A stretch of 64,000 nucleotides of DNA from the human T2T-CHM13v2.0 reference genome, Homo sapiens. Under the pieces are notes generated by a model that was given only the letters and a program-made list of their open reading frames with translations, had not been told where the DNA came from and did not search any database. A program made the translations under genes and the position numbers. Of this stretch, positions 52,301-64,000 are shown piece by piece. Within the stretch, counting starts at the first letter, position 1. Each line of letters begins with the position of its first letter. Where the stretch lies: NCBI RefSeq assembly GCF_009914755.1, contig NC_060942.1. One strand, given 5' to 3'.

Positions 52301-54045
52301 AGAAGACATTAGTTTTTTAAAAAAATATTTTAACAGCAACTCAGATAAAAAGTAAAATGTGACTGGTTTCCAGACCATTTTTAAAAACGTTGGAAGTCAC
52401 CACTCCATCCTAACAAGTAAAAATCAAGTCTTGTTAGATCTATAAGAAAAGTGAAGTCACAGGGCAAACCACTGTCCCAAAATTGGAGAGACAGACAGGA
52501 GAATACAGAGACGCGTAGCTCTATTGAGCCAAAACCTCCATAGCAACCAGTATAAAAAAAAGGGAAACCTGAGCTGTAAATGATAAGCTGCTAGAGACTC
52601 AGTGTGGGCAAGTCTGAGAGTTAAAAACTTCAGGGGGACCCAGTCAAGGGGTGTGGGCACACTTATGTGAGTTTTACCTCTAGAAGCTTCACCTGGTTCT
52701 CACAGTGAGTATCAGAAAAATATTCCTCTATTCCTCTGGAAAAGGGAGGGGAAAGGTAACACCAAAATGTACCAGAGCATTCTGTGCTACTTAACAAGGC
52801 TTTTCCTCAAGAGAAACTAACTAGAGAATAACCTACTAGGGGAATTATCAGAGCCTAACCTACCTGAAGGAAGAGAAACACTAAACTGCAGCCCCCTCTC
52901 TCTAGCCATTCTGGAGGTTGTAAAGCGGGGGACTGAGAAGCGCCTGTGAAGTTCACAATCTGGGGTCACAGGCTCACTCAGAGACTGAGATCTAACCAAA
53001 GGACTAGAGAATGCTTACCACACACACACACCTTACCACCACATTACTATTTTTTGTGGTTCCTTTTACCCAGGACATCATGTCCAGCTATCAAGAAAAA
53101 ATTACAAGGCATACTAAAAAGCAAAACACACAGTATGAAGAGACAGAGCAAGCGTCAGAACCAGACTCAGCTGTGACAGGGATGTTGGAATTATCAGACT
53201 GGGAATTTAAAACAACTATGATTAACAGACTAAGGACTGTAAGAGATAAAAAAAATTTTTTAAAAAAAGACAGCATGCAAGAATAGGTAAGCAATGTAAA
53301 CAGAAAAGTGGAAACTCTAAGAGAGAACCAAAATAAATGCCAGAGATTAAAAACCCGGTAACAGAGATGAAGAATACCTTTGTTGGGCTTATTAGTAGGC
53401 TAGAGCTGAGTAAATAATTTCTGAACTTAAGGATATTTTAATATAAACCTCTAAAATTGAAAAGCAAAGAGAAAAAAAAAGACGGAAAAAAAAAAACAGA
53501 ACAGAATATCCAATAACTACAAGAAAACCACAAAAGGTGTAATTTACATGCAATGGAAATACCATAATAAGAAGAAAGAGAAGGAAACGGAAGAAATACT
53601 TGAAACAGTAATGACTGAAGATGTCCCCAAGTTAAAAGTCAGACATCAAACCATAGATACAGGAAGCTCAGAGAACACCAAACAGGATAAATGCTCCCCA
53701 AAACTACACCTAAGTGTATAATCTTCAAACTACAGAAAATCAAAAATGTTAAGATCCTGAAAGAAACCAGAGGAAAAGAACACATTACCTATACAGGACC
53801 AAAGATAAGAATTACATCTGACTTTTCCTCAGAAACCAGGCAAGTAAGAAGAGAATACAGTAAAACATTTGAAGTATTAAGTGTTGAGAGAAAAAATCCA
53901 CCAATGAAGAATTCTCTACCCTGCAAAATTATCTATCAAAAGTGCAAGGGAAATAAAGGTTTTCTTAGAAAAACAAATATTGAAGGAATTTGTTGCCACT
54001 AGACCTGCCTTGTAAAAGAAGTTCTTCAAAGAAAAGGAAAATGAT

Positions 54046-54949
54046 CATCTGACAAAGGGCCAATATCCAGAATCTACAAAGAACTTAAACAAATTTGCAA
54101 GAAAAAAATAACCCCATCAAAAAGTGGGTGAAGGATATGAACAGACACTTCTCAAAAGAAGACATTTATACAGCCAATAGACATATGAAAAAATGCTCAT
54201 CACTGGTCATCAGATAAATGCAAATCAAAACCATAATAAGACACCATCTCACGCCAGTTAGAATGGTGATCATTAAAAAGCCAGGAAACAACAGATGCTT
54301 GAGAAGATATGGAGAAACAGGAATGCTTTTACACTGTTGGTGGGAGTGTAAATTAGTGCAACCACTGTGGAAGACAGTGTGGCAATTCCTCAAGGATCTA
54401 GAACTAGAAATACCACTTGACCCAGCAATCCCATTACTGGGTATATACCCAAAGGATTATAAATCATGCTACTATAAAGACACATGCACACATACGTTTA
54501 TTGTGGCACTATTCACAATAGCAAAGACTTGGAACCAACCCAAATGTTCATCAATCATAGACTGGATTAAGAAAATGTGGCACATATACACCATGGAATA
54601 CTATGCAGCCATAAAAAAGGATGAGTTCATGTCCTTTGCAGGGACATGGATGAAGCTGGAAACTATCATTCTCAACAAACTATCACAAGGACAGAAAACC
54701 AAACACTGCATGTTCTCACTCGTAGGTGGGAGTTGAACAACGAGAACACATGGACACAGGGCAGGGAACATCACACACCGGGGTCTGTCAGGGGATGGGG
54801 GGCTGGGGGAGGGATAGCATTAGGAGAAATACCTAATGTAGATGACGAGTTGATGAGTGCAGCAAACCAACATGGCACATGTATACCTATGTAACAAACC
54901 TGCATGTTGTGCACCTGTACCCTAGAACTTAAAGTATAATAATTTAAAA
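54046..54949 (+). mobile_element. 5'-truncated L1PA5/6-like element (about 0.9 kb)
   Basis: ORF2 C-terminus at 54218-54736; TSD AAAAGGAAAA(T/C)GAT at 54032-54045 and 54950-54963. Confidence 0.92.
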
Positions 54950-55106
54950 AAAAGGAAAACGATAAAGATCAGAAACTTAGATCTACATAAAGAAATAAAG
55001 AGCACTGAAGGAATAAGTGAAAAAATAAAAGCTTTCACTTCCTTATTCATAATTGACCTAACAGATAACAGTTTGCCCAAAACAGTAGTAGTAATAATAT
55101 ATTCTA

Positions 55107-55178
55107 ATATATATACATATGTGTGCATATATATATATATATACACATATGTGTGCATATATATATATATATATATAT
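55107..55178. repeat. Compound (TA)n repeat with a duplicated CATATGTGTG spacer
   Basis: Read directly from the sequence. Confidence 0.9.
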
Positions 55179-56149
55179 GTTTATGTATAAGTGAAATGAG
55201 AAACAGCAGTAATACAAAGATTGGGAGGGAGGAATTTGGATTATTTTGTTATTATAAGGTATTTGCACTAACCATGAAGTGGCAGAATGTTATTTGAAAG
55301 TGAAACTGGATTTGTGGTAAATATGGTAAATTGTAAGGCAACCACTATACAAGTTTAAAAAGAAGTATAAGTGATATGCTAAGAAAGAAGACAAAATGGA
55401 ATCATATAAAATGCTCAATTAAAACTACAAAATGCGGAAAAAGCATAGAATACATAAACAGGAATAAAGAACAAAAGTAACAAATAGAAAACAATAAAAA
55501 ATATGGTATATATCTCTCCAACTATATCGATAATAACTTTAAACACCAGTGGTCTAAATATACCAATTAAGAGACAGAGATTCTCAGAGTTGGTAGAAAA
55601 AAAAAACAAGACCTAACTATATATTGCCTATGAGAAACTCACTTTAAATGTAAAGATACATACAAATTAAGTGGAAGGAAAAAAAATATACCAAGCTAAC
55701 ACCAATCAAAAGAAAACATAAGTAGCTATCTGTCAGACAGAGCATACTTCAGAGCAAGGAAACTTACCAGGGATAAAAAGGGGCCATCACATACTGATAA
55801 AGAGATCAACTTTCCAAAATGCCATAACAATTCTTAATGTGTATGTGATTAACAACAGAACATCAAAATATCTGCGGCAAAAACTAATAGAACAGCAAAG
55901 AGAAATAAACTAGTCCACTATTATAGTTGGAGACATCAACACCTCTCTATCAGAAATTGACAGATCCAGCAGGCAGAAAATCAGTAAGGACATAAGTGAA
56001 CTCAACAATGTCATAAATCAACGGGGTATAATGAATATTTACAGACTACATCATACAACAAGAGCAGAATGCACATTCTTCTCAAGCTCACATGGAACAT
56101 TTACAAAGATAGACCACATTATGGGCCATAAAACCATAAAACACACCTT

Positions 56150-56254
56150 GGCCAAGTGCGGTGCCTCACACCTATAATCCCAGCACTTGGGAGGCCGAGG
56201 CAGGCAGATCACCTGAGTCTCTGTCTCAAAAAAAAAAAAAAAAAGAAAAAAAAA
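56150..56254 (+). mobile_element. Internally deleted Alu (105 bp)
   Basis: About 70 nt of Alu 5' end fused to TCTCTGTCTC and an A-tail; TSD CATAAAACACACCTT at 56135-56149 and 56255-56269. Confidence 0.9.
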
Positions 56255-58939
56255 CATAAAACACACCTTAACAAATTTACAAGACTGGAAATCATACAAC
56301 GTCTGCAAACTGATACAATTAAACTAGATATCAATAACAGAAAGTTAGCTGGAAAATTCCAAAGTACTTGGAGACTGAATAACAGATTTCTAAATAACCC
56401 AGGGGTCAAAAAAGAAATCCCAAGAAAAAATTTAAAATGTTTTGAAGTAAATGAGAATGAAAACACAACTTCACAAATTTTGTGGGAGGCAGTAAAAGCA
56501 GTGCTTAAATGGATATTTATGGCATTAAATTCATATATTAGAAAAGAAGAAAGATCTGAAATCAACAATGTAAGCTTTCACACCTTAAGAAACTAGAAAA
56601 ATGTGAGCAAATTAAATCCAAACTAAGAAGAAAAAAAAGAAATAATAAAAATTAAAGCAATAATCAGTAAAATTAAAAACAGAAGATCAATGCAGAAAAA
56701 TCCATGAAACCAAAAGCTGGTTTTTTTGGAAATAACAATAAAAGCAATAAGCATCTAGCAAGGTAAACTAAGAAAAAACAAGAGAATACAAATTGTTAAT
56801 ATCAGAAATGAAAAATGGGAATATCAGTGTAGCTCCCATGGATATTAAAAAGATAATAGGAGAATACTATGAACAAAGCAATGCCCACACATTTGATAAT
56901 CTAGATGAAATGGACCAATTCCTTGAAAGACACCATCTGCCAAAATTCACATAAGAAGAAATAGATAATCTGAACAGGCCTATAGCTATTAAAGAAATTG
57001 AATCAATAATTAATAACCTTGTAAAACAGAAAACACCAGGCCCAAATGGGTTCACTGGTAAATTCTACCAAATATTTAAGGAAGAAATAATATCAATTCT
57101 CTAAAATCTCTTTCAAAAGATAGAAGCAAAGGGAATACTTGCTAATTCACTCTATGAGGCCAGCTTTGCTCTAATTTCGAAACCAAAAACATTGCAAGAA
57201 AAGAAAACTATAGACAAGTATCTCTCATGAATAAAGATGCAACAATCCTCAACAAAATATTGGCAAGTCAAATTCAACAATGTAGAAAAATAATTGTATA
57301 TTGTGATCAAGTAGAATTTCTCCAAGGTCATCACAGCTGGTTCAACATTGAAAATCAATTAATGCAATCCATCACACAACAGGCTTAAGAAGAAAAATCA
57401 CATAAGCATAACAATACACACAGAAACAGCATTCAACAAAATCCAGGAAAAAAACAGGAATACAGGGGAACTTTCTCAACTTAATAAAGAATAGCTACAT
57501 CAACCCTGTAGTTAACATTGTGCTTTATGGTGAGAAACTCGAAACTTTCTCATTAAGATTAGCAACAGAGCAAGGATGACTCCTCTCATCAGTGCTTTTC
57601 CACATCATCCTGGAAGTCCTAGCTAATGCAATAAGACAAGAAAAGGAAATAGAAGGTATCCTGATTGGGAAGGAAGAAATAAAACTCTTTGTTCAGAGAT
57701 GACATGACCATCTTGGTAGAAAATCCAAAAGAATCTAAAAGAATGGCCAAAATCCAGGACACTGACAACACCAAATGCTGGTAAGACTGTGGAGCAACAG
57801 TAACTTTCATTTATGGCTGTTAGTGATGCAAAATGCTACAGTCACTTTGGAAGACAGTTTGGCCAGTTCTTACAAAATTAAACGTACTCGTACCACATGA
57901 TCCAGCAACCACACTCCTTGGTATTTACTGAAAGGAGTTAAAAACTTGTGTCCATGAAAACCTGCAAATGGATGCTTATAGCAGCTTTATGCATAATTGC
58001 TAAAACTTGGAAGCAACCAAGATGTCTTTCAGTAGATGAATAAACTGTGGTACATCCAGACAATGTGATATTATTCAGCACTAAAAGGAAATTAACTATC
58101 AAGCCATGAAAAGACATGGAGAAAACATAAATGCTTATTACTAACCGAAAGACGCTGGTCTGAAAAGGTTAATACTGTATGATTCCAACCATATGATATT
58201 CTAAAAAAGGAAAAAGTATGGAGACAGCAAAAAGGCTAGTGGTTGCCAGGAATTAGGGAGGAGGGAAGGATGAATAGGTGAAGCTCAGAGGATTTTTAGG
58301 GTAGTGAAACTGCTCTGTATACTACTGTAATAGTGAATACAGACCATTAATATTTGTCAAAACTCATTAAATATATAACACCAAGAGTAAACCCTGCCAT
58401 AAACTATGGTAGGACCTTGTGTGATTATGACATGTCAACATTGTCCACTCTAGTGCAGGATATTAATAATGGGAGAGGTTATGGTTTTGTGGGGCAGAAG
58501 CTATATGGGAAATCTCTGTACCTTCCTCCCAGTTTTGCTGTGAACCTAAAACTGCCCTAAAAAGTACAGTCTATTTTTAGAAAAACTCAAATGATAGAAG
58601 CAGCATACTTTGTTATTTAAGATTTACCTCCCTTAGATTCTTTAGTATTCCTCTTCCTCTCAATACTGATAAAAATACTACAACATACTGTACCATGCAA
58701 AACATTTTTCCTTCAGCTTCTGAAAATTGGTAATCATTAGCCTGATACAAAGATCAAATAAATATACATTTCTTCATACTTTGCATTGCTGATCAGGCCC
58801 TTTGGCAAGCTCTATTTACACTTCAAAGACACAACTGGACTATTTCCTGTCTTCTCTTTCACAGGGTGGCACCATCACCTCATCAAAGTGCTCATGGACA
58901 GCTATGCTGAAAATAGTTCACACAGCAGGCCTCATACTG

Positions 58940-59450
58940 TCAATTCTTAGGAAGATCTGCTTGCCAGCCTGGCCCTTGGATGTGGTCTAGGCATTTGGAT
59001 TTCAGGAGTGTTCTCACCCACCATTCCCTAACCAGTAAGGGTGGTCCCTGTACCTAAACAATTTGTACAGTGTGGTTAATGCTGAACATCCTCTTTGCTT
59101 CTGAGAGTCTGGAATTCTGCTAGTGCCAGGCAGAGACTGCCTATGTGACAAGCCCAGAGTAAAAACCCGGGGTGCTGAGTCTCTAATGAGCTCTCATTAG
59201 AGCTGTCTAATGATAGACAACATTTCACATGTCTGGTCACAACTCATTCTTGGAGGAATTAAGAGCACTTTGTGTTGACTCCATGGGGAAGGACTCTTAG
59301 CTTGCACTGGTTTCCTGCAGATTTCACCCCATGCCCTTTTTAACTTGGCTGACTTTGTTCTGTATCCTTTCACTGTCATAAATCTTAACCAATAATGCAA
59401 CTATATCCTGAGTCCTGGGAGTCCTCCTAGTGAATCACTGAAATTAGGGA
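58940..59450 (+). mobile_element. MER21-like LTR
   Basis: GCCAGGCAGAGACTGCCTATGTGAC...GCTGAGTCTCTAATGAGCT...TGAGTCCTGGGAGTCCTCCTAGTGAATCACTGAA; boundaries approximate. Confidence 0.75.
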
Positions 59451-62400
59451 GCCAATGTCATCTATTTACATTTCCAAAAGAATAGAAAACAAAAGCTATA
59501 CAGAAAAACCCACAGGCACTGTTACAAGTTCACCTTAAGTTTTCATTTACAAATCACTCTTTCAGTATTTCCTTCACTATTTACCCACATTCCCTCTTTC
59601 CTCTCATAAATCCAATTCAGATAGCAAAATACTTCTTCATCTAAACTTCTTTTTAACTTAATTTTAGTGGCAATACACAAAGAAGCAGGTAACAATATGT
59701 GCAAGTCTAGGGATCATACATTTTTCTTTGAAAAGAAATTAGATCCTTTTTAAAATTTTCCACATAGCCATGACTTGACAAAGTGGCAGAACACATAAAA
59801 ATACAAAGAAAGGACACTTCCCAGTTCCTTGGAGGAGGAGTATGACAAAGTTCCAAGGAGAAGCAGTCAAATAAACCCATAAGGAAAAAAAGAAAGGACA
59901 CAGATCCTTTTTATTCACTATCAGGTAGTGCTGAGAGGTCAAAAAGCCTTTCCCTAGACACAGCTTCTTACTGAGGGAGATAATGTCTAGAAGCATGAGC
60001 AATATTTTATGGAATTAGAGGACCTACGGTCCTCCTAACCACGCCAAAATAGAACATCCTCAGATCTGAAAGGACAACAGAGGAAGAAAAGTAGAGCAAA
60101 ACTTAGTGTCCACTGGCCTGGGAGCTGAGCCCGCTGGAGACATGTCAGAACTCAAAGCTAAGAGACACGAGCTGTTGCCTCAAAATGGATGACTGCAGCA
60201 CTGGCTGAGCTGGGAGATGTTGCTGGTCAGCCAATGAGGTGATGCTTATTTCTGAGCATTTACCACTGAGTCAGTTTGGAAATATTCCTCCCACTCTGTG
60301 ACTTGAGAACCTAATCCCAGGCACCAAGAGTTAAATGGGTTCTTCTGGTTTGTTTTTAGTAACAGACACTGAAAAAAAATCAAAGGACCTTGTACCAAAG
60401 TTCATGGGACAGAGTTAAGAAAATAGAACTAAGGGATATTTTGTTCAGAGAAAATATCGTGACCAAGAGGTGGATGACATCAAATTGCCAGAACTCACTC
60501 TGAATACTTCACTGGGATTGTTCTGCCTGAAAACAAACACGAATCCTTTGATTATTTGCATTCCCTACATATTCAATTCTAGAGATCCTTTTAGCCAGTA
60601 TAAGGCAAATTATTCTACACAACGCATTCCATACTTTCTAAAGAAATACATATGTATCTTTTAAAGGATGAAGATATACACTGATATATAGATATATCAT
60701 AATGCATAATGTATAATTTAAATAGCTACTCATGACTTTTTCTATGAGTCTAAGATTTATTAAAATATGAATAAAGGGTTTATGTACACAAAAATAATTT
60801 GACAGAAAAATCTGGAACTGCAAAAGATGTGAAAGATGTTTTGCTCCACTCTCCTGGGTATCTATTTCTTTAGTGATACTGTACTTTCTTGGTCACTGTA
60901 GTTTCAGAGTGGTTAACATCTGCTAAGCCAGCCCCCTCTCAATTCATTTTCAAAACTTAAGACCTGGATGGTGATCACACAGGTGTTTTCTTTACAATTA
61001 TCTGTCTTATGCATTTCTCTGTGTGTCATTTCACAATACAAAGATGTTTAATTACCAAAAAAAAGGAAAAGCAAGGGAACAATTAACACAACAGACAGAA
61101 TGGTGGTTCCCTCTGGCAGGAAAAGAAGCAAATGAGAGCAGGTTGGGGACATGCAGGCTGCTTCAAAGTTTGTGGTACTGGTCTATTTCTATACTGTGGT
61201 GGCTACATGATTTTTTATTGTATTGTTTTTCTGTAGCCTGTATACATAGAAAAGATTATACTTTCTCATTAAAAATTTGAAACAAAATTTCTCAGCCATT
61301 TCATATGCATATGTGCATTTCCAAAGTGATTTTTTAGATGCTACTTTGCAAGTTTGATAATAAATTTCTATTGGGGTTTTTAATAGGATTGCAATGACTT
61401 GGTGGACTTAATTGGAGCATCCATAAAATCCCTTATTCAAAAATAGAATCCTGGAAATGTCCATACAGAATGACCAAATTCTGGCTCTATTAATAAATTA
61501 TGTCATAGTTGAAGTTTTATCCTTTCCACTCAACCCTACTACCTCGGCCTGGACCCTCCCAGTAACCTGTCTGGACACTGCAACTGGTCACTTCATCCCC
61601 ACCCCAGCTCCTCCTGGTGTGCCCTTCCTCAGAACATTCCAGAAATCCCTCATGCCACCCCTCCCCACTCATGCTTGTGCCTGGATTACCAAGCCTCTCT
61701 CTGTCCCTAACCCTATCAGGCAGGGATCACATGGAGGCAGGGCTTCCCTCTGTGTGGCCCATGTCCTGCATTCAATAACGGTTTGTTAATAGATGAACCC
61801 CAGAAGACCCAGCCTCATCCCTTTACTTCCTGCAGCTCCCTACAGCCTGCCTGGTTAGCGTCGAGCCAGGCCTCACAGGTCTCTCGGAGGATGAAGAGAG
61901 CAGAGAGCCACCTACATTCCACAGACGTGACGACAGAACATTTTATCCTTGATAGGGAGAAAGGCTTTTTTAAAAAATGGGGGCAAAGTGATTTATACCC
62001 AAACGCAATGACATAGCTGAAATTTACTAAATATACCACATGGTACCACAAGAGAGTTTCTCAAAAACTACAGAGGACATTCTATTTGTATAATACTTTT
62101 AAAAATGTTACAAAGACACTCTGATGGCAACAGCACCCTCTGCTGACTCCTAGTAGTGCAACCATGGGAAGTAGAAATATATTTGAGTCCACCTTGGAAA
62201 TCCTACTTTGTCATCTTTTTACTGGGGGGAAAATCACAAAAGGCCAATTATTCCTAACTCAGTTTCCCATTCTCCCTCATTTAACTTAACCTCTTATGCG
62301 TTATAACAATCATATAACCATCAAGGGGTTTATTAACGTTAACACAAAATTGGCTTAAATGTTACTCCAGCAAGTCAACAGCCTACCCTGACCACACTTA

Positions 62401-62524
62401 CAGTGCCAAAACTTTGGAAATACACTGACAGTCACACACACACACAAGAAGATACACTCTAAAAGCACATCATTTAAAAGGCAAAAATATACAGGAAGCA
62501 TATTACAGGAAGCAGGACATACCC

Positions 62525-62740
62525 AGCTCTGGAGTCGCGCGGACCTGAGTGCAGACTGTGCCACCTACTAGCTTTACAGAACACAGACCTGACTCTCTAC
62601 CACCTTCTGATTCCTCATCAATAACATGGGGAGGTGAAAGTACCCACAGCTCAGGCGTGCTGTGAAAAGGAAGTGAAATAACACGAAACATTTAGCAGAA
62701 ACCTATAATGAGTGCTCAAAAATTTTCCCTATTATTATCG
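62525..62740 (+). mobile_element. MIR SINE
   Basis: GCTCTGGAGTC...GCCACCTACTAGCT...TTCCTCATC...AGTGCTCAAAAAT. Confidence 0.6.
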
Positions 62741-62971
62741 TATTCATCATTATTAAGGGCATATTTTAAGTATGAGGAATGCAAACATAAAAATTAATCA
62801 ACGCTATGCTGTATTTGTTTGCAATAGTGAATGGCGAGCCCTCTTCTCTGAAGTTCTAGACAGTCCACTGAGACAGACCTAGCACCTAACAGGTCCTAAC
62901 TCCTCAAGAATAGAGTGATGGGATAATTCTACATGCGTATGGATCCCAACATACAGAATTCTACATACATA

Positions 62972-63260
62972 TTTCTTTTTTTTTTTTTTTGAGACAGGGT
63001 CTTGCTCTGTTGCCCAGGCTGGAGTGCAGGGTCACAATCATGTCTCACTGAACCCTGGAACTCTCGATCCTCCCACCCTCAGCCTCTCAAGTAGCTGAGA
63101 CTACAGGTGCATGTAATCATGCCCAGCTAATTTTTGTATTTTTTTGTAGAGGCCGGGTTTCACCATGATGCCCAGGCTGGTCTGGAACTTCTGGGCTGAA
63201 GTGATCTGCCTGCCTCAGCCTTTCAAATTGCTAGGTACAAACATGAGCCACCACACCACA
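62972..63260 (-). mobile_element. AluJ
   Basis: T-tail, GAGACAGGGTCTTGCTCTGTTGCCCAGGCTGG, CTTCTGGGCTGAAGTGATC. Confidence 0.9.
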
Positions 63261-63273
63261 TCACATAAAGGTA

Positions 63274-63318
63274 GGCCAGGGTGTGGTGGCTCATGCTTGT
63301 AATCCCGGCACTTTGAGA
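63274..63318 (+). mobile_element. Alu 5' fragment, head-to-head with the AluJ
   Basis: GGCCAGGGTGTGGTGGCTCATGCTTGTAATCCCGGCACTTTGAGA. Confidence 0.8.
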
Positions 63319-63360
63319 TTCAGAATGTTAATATTCCCCTTGACGATTTTATGACCTGCG

Positions 63361-63481
63361 TATATACACATATATACACATATATATATATATGTGTATA
63401 TACACACACACATGTTGTATAAACATCAAGGGGTCTATTAACATTATACACAGAGAGAGAGAGAGAGAAAGAGAAAGAAAA
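63361..63481. repeat. (TA/CA)n and (GA)n microsatellites within an old L1M 3' tail
   Basis: Read directly; followed by L1M-like GGAGTTCTCTGTAC...ATTATTTCAAAATAAA. Confidence 0.8.
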
Positions 63482-64000
63482 ATGATTTTTTAATGGCAAA
63501 TAATGTTATAAATGAATAAATTCTGTATAAAGACTGTACAGGAGTTCTCTGTACAATGTAAAATTATTTCAAAATAAACATTTTTAAAACTGAAAGTAAT
63601 ATAATTAGTGTCTTGGAAGCAATTTTTATAGAACAGTTGGTATTCTGCAAAAACTATGTCTTATAAGCCATCTCAGATGAGAAATGGCACAAGTTCCTGA
63701 TGTTTGCCTTGTAATGAGAGGATGACATAGACACTAAGTACCTAAACACAAATTTCATTTTTATTTGTGTAGCCAAGTAACCTACCCTAGGTACAAAAGT
63801 AGAAAGTACTCTGCCAGACGTTGAATTTGTGAGGCTTTTTATTTCCAGAGAGAAGTACACAGTCATGTACTTTAGAAGGGGAACTCTGATGCCCTTCCTC
63901 TGGGTTGTAAGAGAAAAGGAATCAAGGCAGTGGTGGAAGACCAGCAGTGGCAGCTCTGGAACAGCACAGTGGCCTAGGAAATAGGCCCCACCAGCCTCCT

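Larger units (their letters stand above)
52340..58585 (+). mobile_element. Old L1MC/L1MD element (5' region, ORF1, internally deleted ORF2, 3'UTR)
   Basis: ORF1-like 53011-53286 and 53691-54002; ORF2-like 55500-57740; tail TTTTGCTGTGAACCTAAAACTGCCCTAAAA. Confidence 0.85.

Noticed and set aside
59707-59920. Possible cryptic FBXO15 exon after a pyrimidine-rich tract (CTCCTCCTCCAAG|GAA on the minus strand)
   Set aside because: No convincing donor and no FBXO15-like peptide; unsupported without RNA data.
63940-63956. CTCF-like motif CCAGCAGTGGCAGC
   Set aside because: The spacing is one base short of the CCASYAGRKGGC consensus.

Overview
Primate (human/great-ape-like) nuclear DNA, dominated by interspersed repeats. 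The only supportable protein-coding content is the 3' end of FBXO15 on the minus strand: a 125-nt penultimate exon (26887-27011) and a terminal exon (CDS 18421-18690, AATAAA at 18341-18346). Positions 27012-64000 appear to be one long, retroelement-filled upstream intron, and 1-18300 is intergenic. I found no evidence of a novel multi-gene system: the long ORFs are decayed L1 ORF1/ORF2 pieces or chance frames. The most notable structures are a Tigger1 transposon spread over about 19 kb by four-level nested insertions, an L1 that appears to be a seamless old/young chimera, a MADE1 palindrome, an ERV1 LTR with RFX/octamer-like motifs, candidate alternative poly(A) sites around a UG repeat, and an inverted Alu pair. 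Repeat subfamily names come from recalled consensus sequences, not from a database search, and boundaries without TSDs are approximate.
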